Shown here: piece after piece, positions 56,693 to 64,000 of the stretch | Position numbering within the stretch: the stretch's first letter is position 1 | Layout of the letters: each line of letters begins with the position of its first letter | DNA from: Betaproteobacteria bacterium | Lineage (GTDB): Bacteria; Pseudomonadota; Gammaproteobacteria; Burkholderiales; SG8-39 | DNA length: 64,000 nt | Reading direction: 5' to 3' | Assembly: GCA_029883975.1 (NCBI GenBank) | Contig: JAOUIL010000004.1 | Span: 7,812-71,811 of the forward strand | The notes under the pieces: generated by a model | The model's input: the letters and a program-made list of their open reading frames with translations, nothing else | Database searches by the model: none | Told to the model about the DNA's origin: nothing | Made by a program: the position numbers and the translations under genes

Positions 56693-56810
56693 AGCCTTCG
56701 GTGGCTACGGAAGCGATCGGGCCGGGAGTGCCAACATTGCACGAAGCACGAAACTGCAATCGCAATAGGATGTCTCATTGAAGTGAGCTTGGCGGCGACA
56801 CCGGAGAGGC

Positions 56811-57116
56811 ATGGCGCAGTTCAAGGACGATACTCTGCTCGAGGCGCAGCGGAGCAAGCTGCAGCCTCCGCCGATGTTCAAGGTCATGCTGCTCAACGAC
56901 GACTACACGCCGATGGAGTTCGTGGTGGTGGTGCTGCAGAAGTTCTTCGGCATGACGCGCGAGCGGGCGACGCAGGTGATGCTCAAGGTGCACCGCGAGG
57001 GCATCGGCGTGTGCGGGGTGTATCCTCACGACATCGCCAGCACCAAGGTGCAGCAGGTCGCGGCTTACGCGCGCCGGCACCAGCATCCGCTGCAGTGCGT
57101 GATGGAGGAAACGTAG
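56811..57116 (+). CDS. clpS: ATP-dependent Clp protease adaptor ClpS
   Basis: 101 aa with [23 protein letters not shown] ... [11 protein letters not shown]. Confidence 0.95.
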   Translation: MAQFKDDTLLEAQRSKLQPPPMFKVMLLNDDYTPMEFVVVVLQKFFGMTRERATQVMLKVHREGIGVCGVYPHDIASTKVQQVAAYARRHQHPLQCVMEET

Positions 57117-57117
57117 C

Positions 57118-59406
<2,289 letters not shown>

Positions 59407-59410
59407 TGGT

Positions 59411-59429
59411 GCGCGGCGCCCTGCCGCGC
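59411..59429 (+). terminator. possible clpA terminator hairpin
   Basis: GCGCGGC-GCCCT-GCCGCGC (7 bp), followed only by a weak GCTCGTTTCG tract. Confidence 0.3.
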
Positions 59430-59534
59430 GCTCGTTTCGCCTATGAGCTTATAACGCGCGACGGCTTGACGCCCTCGCGCGTCAGGCAGAGACTTTCTGC
59501 TGCCATTCACGATCATCTCGGGAGGAGGGTCCAG

Positions 59535-59831
59535 ATGCGAATCTCTATTGTCTTTGCCGCCGCCGCGCTCGCTGCGGCGCCGCTGACCGCGGGCGCGCAG
59601 AGTGCCGCCGCGCAGTGGGCGGGCACCTGCGCCATGTGCCACGGGACCACGGGCCACAGCATGGGCGGCAACGAGCCGCTCGCCGGCATGCCGCAGGACG
59701 AGCTGGTGCGCAAGTTCAAGGAGTTCCGCTCGGGCGCCAAGCCGGCGACCGTCATGCACCAGATCTCCAAGGGCTATACCGACAATCAGATCGAGCAGAT
59801 CGCCGCGTACTTCGCGGCGCAGAAGAAATAG
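59535..59831 (+). CDS. fccA: monoheme cytochrome c subunit of flavocytochrome c sulfide dehydrogenase (FccA-like)
   Basis: 98 aa from ATG 59535 (SD GGGAGGAGGG). It has a signal peptide and a single CAMCHG heme site, and lies 9 nt upstream of fccB. Confidence 0.8.
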   Translation: MRISIVFAAAALAAAPLTAGAQSAAAQWAGTCAMCHGTTGHSMGGNEPLAGMPQDELVRKFKEFRSGAKPATVMHQISKGYTDNQIEQIAAYFAAQKK

Positions 59832-59840
59832 GGGACGGCC

Positions 59841-61112
59841 ATGAGCAGAACTTTCGATCGACGCGACTTTCTCAAAGTGGGCGGCGCCGCGGCGGCACTC
59901 GCCGCAGCAGGCTGCGCGACCACCGGGGGCGCCAAGGGCCGCGTGGTGGTGATCGGTGGCGGCTTCGGCGGCGCAACTGCGGCCAAGTACATCCGCCTGT
60001 GGGGCTCGGGCATCGAAGTCACGCTGGTGGAGCGCCAGACAGACTTCGTTTCGTGCCCGATGTCCAACCTGGTGTACGGCGGCTCGAGGACCATGAAGGA
60101 CATCACCTACGGCTATAGCGCGCTGGGGCGCTATGGCGTGCAGCTGGTGCGCGACGAGGCCGTCGCGGTCGACACGTCCGCAAGGACGGTCAAGCTGGCG
60201 GGCGGCAGCAACCTCCCGTACGACCGGCTGATCGTCTCGCCGGGCATCGACTTCATGTACGAGCAGATCGCCGGCTACGAGATGGCGATGCGCGACGAGC
60301 GCGTCGTGCATGCCTGGAAGGCGGGGCCGCAGACGGTCGCGCTGCAAAGGCAGCTCGCCCAGATGCGCCAGGGCGGCGTGTACGTGCTCGCGGTGCCGCT
60401 CGCGCCCTACCGCTGCCCGCCCGGACCCTACGAGCGGGCGAGCCAGGTCGCCAATTACTTCAAGAAGCACAACCCGCGCGCCAAGGTGCTGATCGTGGAC
60501 GCGAACCCCGACGTCACCTCGAAGGGCAAGTTGTTCAAGCAGGCGTGGGCCGACCTCTACCCGGGCATGATCGAGTTCCGCGGCAACTCCAAGGCGGTCG
60601 CCGTCGACGCGCGCAACGGCATCGTCAAGACCGAGGTCGAGGAGGTCAAGGGCGACGTGCTGAACGTGGTGCCGGCGCAGCGCGCCGGCAACATCGCCGT
60701 CAAGGCAGGGCTGGTGAACGCCAATAACCGCTGGTGCGGCGTGGATTGGCGCACGACGGAGTCGACCGCGGTCAAGGGTGTGCACGTGCTGGGCGACGCG
60801 ACGCTCTCCGCCCCGGGGATGCCGAAGTCGGGCAGCATGGCCAACCAGCAGGCCAAAGTGTGCGCCGCGGCGGTGGTGGCGCTGCTCAGCGACCGCGAGC
60901 CGCTCTCCGATCCGAGGATCGTGAATACCTGCTACAGCTACGTTTCCGACGACGAGGTCATTCACGTCGCCTCGGTGCACGAGCTCGACGCAAGCAAGAA
61001 GACGTTCGTTGCGATCAAGGGTGCCGGCGGGCTGTCGAGCGCGCGCAACACGCTCGAGGGCAAGTACGCCTGGTCCTGGGCGCAGAACATCTGGGCCGAC
61101 ACGCTCGGCTAG
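59841..61112 (+). CDS. fccB: flavocytochrome c sulfide dehydrogenase flavoprotein subunit
   Basis: 423 aa with a Tat leader (DRRDFLKVGGAAAALAAAG), an FAD dinucleotide fold (VVVIGGGFGGATAAKY) and FCSD-like sequence throughout. Confidence 0.9.
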   Translation: MSRTFDRRDFLKVGGAAAALAAAGCATTGGAKGRVVVIGGGFGGATAAKYIRLWGSGIEVTLVERQTDFVSCPMSNLVYGGSRTMKDITYGYSALGRYGVQLVRDEAVAVDTSARTVKLAGGSNLPYDRLIVSPGIDFMYEQIAGYEMAMRDERVVHAWKAGPQTVALQRQLAQMRQGGVYVLAVPLAPYRCPPGPYERASQVANYFKKHNPRAKVLIVDANPDVTSKGKLFKQAWADLYPGMIEFRGNSKAVAVDARNGIVKTEVEEVKGDVLNVVPAQRAGNIAVKAGLVNANNRWCGVDWRTTESTAVKGVHVLGDATLSAPGMPKSGSMANQQAKVCAAAVVALLSDREPLSDPRIVNTCYSYVSDDEVIHVASVHELDASKKTFVAIKGAGGLSSARNTLEGKYAWSWAQNIWADTLG

Positions 61113-61130
61113 CAGCCGGCCGTCTGCAGA

Positions 61131-61157
61131 AGGCCCCGCCACGGCGGGGCCTTTTTC
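61131..61157. terminator. strong terminator between the convergent fccB and cytochrome c4 genes
   Basis: AGGCCCCGCC-AC-GGCGGGGCCT (10-bp arms) followed by TTTTTC. The T-run overlaps the cytochrome c4 stop codon. Confidence 0.75.
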
Positions 61158-61752
61158 ATTCCAGGCCGCTCAGGTACTCGGACACCGCGCGGATCTCGCC
61201 ATCCGTCATCTTCGCGGCGATGGTGTGCATGACGGCGTTGTCGTTCGTGCGCACGCGCGCGCCAAAATTCCTGAGTTGCGTGGCCAGGTAGGACGCAACC
61301 TGCCCCGCGAGGCGCGGCAGGCTCTCCGAGCCATGTCCGCGCTCGCCGTGGCAGCCGACGCAGGCCGCCGCCTCGGTCGCGGCTCCGCCCTGGCGGTAGA
61401 CGACCATGCCCTGCGCCGCCAGGCTGGCGTCCGTCGGCGGGTGCGGCCGGCTTGCCTGCCGGCTGAAGTACAGCCCGAGCGCGCGCATGTCTTCCGGCGT
61501 GAGCGCGCCGACCATGCGCGGCATGACTTCGCTCTTGCGCTCGCCGCTCTTGAAGTTGGCCAGCTGCTTGGCGATGTACTTCTCGTTCTGCGCCGCGAGG
61601 CGCGGAAACAGCTCGGTTGCCGACTCGCCCTGCATACCATGGCACAGGAAACAACTGCCGGCGACGATCTTCTTTGCGCGTGCGAGCTCGGCTTCCTGCG
61701 CGCCGGCCGGTGCCGCAGCGGCGAGGACGCAGACGAACGCGAGTGCCCTCAT
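61156..61752 (-). CDS. diheme cytochrome c4-like protein
   Basis: 198 aa from ATG 61752 (ATGA overlap with the dut stop). It has a signal peptide and two heme sites, CFLCHG and CVGCHG. Confidence 0.88.
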   Translation of the reverse strand: MRALAFVCVLAAAAPAGAQEAELARAKKIVAGSCFLCHGMQGESATELFPRLAAQNEKYIAKQLANFKSGERKSEVMPRMVGALTPEDMRALGLYFSRQASRPHPPTDASLAAQGMVVYRQGGAATEAAACVGCHGERGHGSESLPRLAGQVASYLATQLRNFGARVRTNDNAVMHTIAAKMTDGEIRAVSEYLSGLE

Positions 61753-62195
61753 CGCCCGGTGCTGCCGAAGCCTCCGGCGCCGCGGCAGCTCTCGGCGAAC
61801 TGCTCGACCACGTCGAACTCCACCTGCACCACCGGCACGACGACCAACTGGGCGATGCGCTCGAGGGGCTGCACGGTGAACGCGGCCTTGCCGCGGTTCC
61901 ACACCGACACGAACACCTGCCCCTGGTAATCGGAGTCGATCAGTCCGACGAGGTTGCCGAGCACGATACCGTGCTTGGCGCCAAGCCCCGAGCGCGGCAG
62001 CACGACCGCCGCCAGCCCCGGATCGCCGAGATGAATGGCGATGCCGGTGGGCACCAGCTGGCTATCGCCCGGTTGCAGTACGAGCGGCGCATCGAGACAG
62101 GCACGCAGATCCAGGCCGGCCGCGCCGGGCGTCGCGTAGTGGGGAAGGTTCTCGCGGATCCTCGGGTCGAGGATTCGTATTTCAAGCCTTCGCAC
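61749..62195 (-). CDS. dut: dUTP diphosphatase
   Basis: 148 aa from GTG 62195, with motifs [22 protein letters not shown] and [10 protein letters not shown]. Confidence 0.92.
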   Translation of the reverse strand: MRRLEIRILDPRIRENLPHYATPGAAGLDLRACLDAPLVLQPGDSQLVPTGIAIHLGDPGLAAVVLPRSGLGAKHGIVLGNLVGLIDSDYQGQVFVSVWNRGKAAFTVQPLERIAQLVVVPVVQVEFDVVEQFAESCRGAGGFGSTGR

Positions 62196-63393
62196 GCGTG
62201 CGCTTCTCTCCTGCCAGCATGCGGGCGACGTGCGCGACGATCTCGCGCGCCAGCTCGAGCTTGGGCGCCGGGCCCAGCGGATGCCGGCCGTCGTCGTCGA
62301 ACAGCGTGACCTCGCTGTCATCGGCGCCCAGCGCGCGCTGCGCCAGGTTGGCGACGAGCAGGGGCACGTCCTTCTTCGCGCGCTTGGCCTGCGCGTTCTC
62401 GGCGAGCTTCTCGCTCTCGGCGGCGAAGCCGACGCAGAAGGGTGCGTCCTTCAGCGCCGCGACCCACGCGAGGATGTCTGGATTCTCGATCAGCTCGAGC
62501 GTCATTCCGCCGCCCGCGCCCTTCTTGATCTTCTGCGCCGCGCGGTTCTTCACGCGATAGTCGGACACGGCGGCCACGCCGAAGAACAGGTCGCTGTCCG
62601 GCGCCAGCTTCTTCACCGCCTCGAACATCTGCTCGGCGGTGCGCACCGCGATGCGCTGCACGCCGGCAGGCGCGTCGAGCGCCGTGGGTCCGCTCACCAG
62701 CGTCACGCGCGCGCCCGCCTCGCGCGCCGCGCGCGCCACGGCGTAGCCCATCTTGCCAGAGCTGGCGTTGGTGATCACGCGCACGGGATCGATGGGCTCC
62801 TCGGTGGGACCCGCGGTCACCAGCACGCGCTTGCCGGCCAGCGGCTTGGGCTGAAACAACGCCTCGATCTCGGCGAGGATCTCCTCCGGCTCCAGCATGC
62901 GACCCATGCCGACCTCGCCGCAGGCCTGGTCACCCGCGGCCGGCCCCGCGAAGTGCACGCCGTCGCCGCGCAGCGTGTGCACATTGCGCTGCGTGGCCGC
63001 GTTCTCCCACATTTCCACGTTCATCGCCGGCGCCACCAGCAGCGGGCTGCGACGCGCCGCGCACAGCGTCGACAGCAGGTCATCGGCGAGCCCGCCGGCG
63101 AGCTTTGCGAGAAAGTCGGCCGTCGCCGGCGCCACCACGATCAGTTCGCGGTCGCGCGACAGCTCGATGTGTCCCATGTTGTCGCGCACGCGCGGATCCC
63201 ACAGGTCGGTCCACACGGCCTGGCCGGTGAGGGCCTGCAGCGTCACCGGGGTCACGAACCGCGTCGCGGCCTCGGTCATGGCGACGCGCACGTCCGCGCC
63301 CTCCTTGACCAGCAGGCGGGCGAGCTGCGCGGCCTTGTAGGCGGCAATGCCACCGGTGACGCCCAGCAGAAACTTTTTGCCCTTCAGGGTCAT
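62182..63393 (-). CDS. coaBC: bifunctional phosphopantothenoylcysteine decarboxylase / phosphopantothenate-cysteine ligase
   Basis: 403 aa from ATG 63393, with [14 protein letters not shown] and [10 protein letters not shown] motifs. Confidence 0.95.
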   Translation of the reverse strand: MTLKGKKFLLGVTGGIAAYKAAQLARLLVKEGADVRVAMTEAATRFVTPVTLQALTGQAVWTDLWDPRVRDNMGHIELSRDRELIVVAPATADFLAKLAGGLADDLLSTLCAARRSPLLVAPAMNVEMWENAATQRNVHTLRGDGVHFAGPAAGDQACGEVGMGRMLEPEEILAEIEALFQPKPLAGKRVLVTAGPTEEPIDPVRVITNASSGKMGYAVARAAREAGARVTLVSGPTALDAPAGVQRIAVRTAEQMFEAVKKLAPDSDLFFGVAAVSDYRVKNRAAQKIKKGAGGGMTLELIENPDILAWVAALKDAPFCVGFAAESEKLAENAQAKRAKKDVPLLVANLAQRALGADDSEVTLFDDDGRHPLGPAPKLELAREIVAHVARMLAGEKRTRAKA

Positions 63394-63419
63394 CGTGCGT
63401 CGGGCTGGCGCGTTAAGGA

Positions 63420-63440
63420 AGGGGAATTCTAGGGGAATTC
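63420..63440. repeat. direct repeat AGGGGAATTC x2 with 11-bp register in the coaBC/radC spacer
   Basis: AGGGGAATTC at 63420-63429 and again at 63431-63440, followed by a G7 run at 63441-63447. Confidence 0.8.
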
Positions 63441-63453
63441 GGGGGGGATCGCT

Positions 63454-64000
63454 CTGCCAATCGCCGACTGGCCCGCGGGAGAGCGTCCGCGCGAGCGCCT
63501 GCTCGCCCAGGGCGCCGGCGCACTGACCGACGCCGAGCTCCTCGCCCTGTGCCTGCGCACGGGCGTGCGCGGCATGAGCGCGGTCGACCTGGGGCGGGAG
63601 TTGCTCGCACGCCGTGGGGGCCTGACGGGGCTGCTGGGGGCCGATCACCGGGAACTCGCGCGCATCAAGGGCATGGGTACTGCCAAGGCGGCGCTGCTGG
63701 CGGTCGTCCTCGAGCTCGCCCGCCGCGCGTTGCGCGAGCAGCTGCGGGCCGGTGCCGCGCTCACCGCGCCGGGTGCGGTACGGGACTATCTGCGCCTGAC
63801 GCTCGGCAGCCGGCCCCACGAGGCGTTCCTGTGCCTGTTCCTCGACGCGCAACATCGCGTCATCGGCATCGAGGAGTTGTTCCGCGGCACCCTGACGCAG
63901 ACCAGCGTATACCCGCGCGAGGTCGTCAAGGCCGCGCTGGCGGCCAATGCCGCCGCCTTGATCTTCGCGCACAACCACCCCTCGGGCGTGGCGCAGCCGT
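63454..64000 (+). CDS. radC: RadC-like JAMM-domain protein (3' end beyond the window)
   Basis: Manual translation gives (L/M)[36 protein letters not shown] ... [14 protein letters not shown]. There is no in-frame ATG, GTG or TTG after the upstream TAG, so a tentative CTG start at 63454 is used. Confidence 0.85.
   Translation, partial: MPIADWPAGERPRERLLAQGAGALTDAELLALCLRTGVRGMSAVDLGRELLARRGGLTGLLGADHRELARIKGMGTAKAALLAVVLELARRALREQLRAGAALTAPGAVRDYLRLTLGSRPHEAFLCLFLDAQHRVIGIEELFRGTLTQTSVYPREVVKAALAANAAALIFAHNHPSGVAQP

Noticed and set aside
56725-56745. Possible sigma54 (-24/-12) promoter upstream of clpS (gtgccaacattgcacg)
   Set aside because: It lacks the invariant GG of the -24 element in the correct register with the GC of the -12 element. 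A sigma70-type TTGCAC-17-TAGGAT promoter fits better.

Overview
This is a 64-kb, very GC-rich (by eye about 68-70%) stretch of densely packed chromosome. The protein repertoire looks like a Betaproteobacterium of the Rhodocyclales or Burkholderiales type, but that taxonomic placement is inference only. I can support about 70 coding genes, one RNase P RNA (rnpB), several rho-independent terminators, a few sigma70-like promoters, and a short REP-like repeat present twice. By eye I found no rRNA, tRNA, CRISPR array, transposase, integrase or prophage genes.

Genes in order:
- trxB (3' end), smr, glnB-nadE, a FemAB-like GNAT gene, an SDR, rhlE, an ABC-F ATPase, a GNAT gene.
- The rfaE2 / BON lipoprotein / SIS / yraN cluster opposite rsmI, then pyrC, a DUF3025 gene and rnpB.
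- HD and PAS proteins, then an amidase plus TRAP transporter operon.
- A long Mrp-like antiporter cluster joined to ybdK, a CPA2 antiporter and a C26 amidotransferase.
- pntAB, a fused SBP-permease coupled to an ABC exporter, and a PAS-GGDEF cyclase.
- A cytoplasmic molybdopterin oxidoreductase, glcF / glcE / glcD, and hyi.
- A SulP transporter, aapJQMP, an SLC13 permease, icd, cspA, clpSA, fccAB (flavocytochrome c sulfide dehydrogenase), cytochrome c4, dut, coaBC and radC (3'-truncated by the window edge).

Most unusual observations:
1. A 13-gene, almost gap-free minus-strand unit (30933 to 20459). Its Mrp-like module has Mbh-type gene order, three MrpD paralogs, an 86-aa two-TM protein and no full-length MrpA. 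It is co-arranged with a second (CPA2) antiporter that sits between a YbdK ligase and a gamma-glutamyl hydrolase-type enzyme.
2. An importer-type SBP-TMD fusion with no importer ATPase gene visible in this window, translationally coupled to an exporter-type ABC half-transporter.
3. Recurrent 21-28 bp divergent spacers holding a single AT-rich block that reads as a -10 box on both strands, 6-9 nt from start codons that lack Shine-Dalgarno sequences (candidate leaderless mRNAs).
4. A compact rnpB of about 319 nt with an atypical helix complement.
5. glcDE and glcF split by an opposite-strand gene, with glcF tightly packed against a Mo-oxidoreductase and a diguanylate cyclase.

The many long Arg/Ala/Gly/Pro-rich ORFs in the six-frame track are antisense or off-frame artefacts of the high GC content, and I rejected them.
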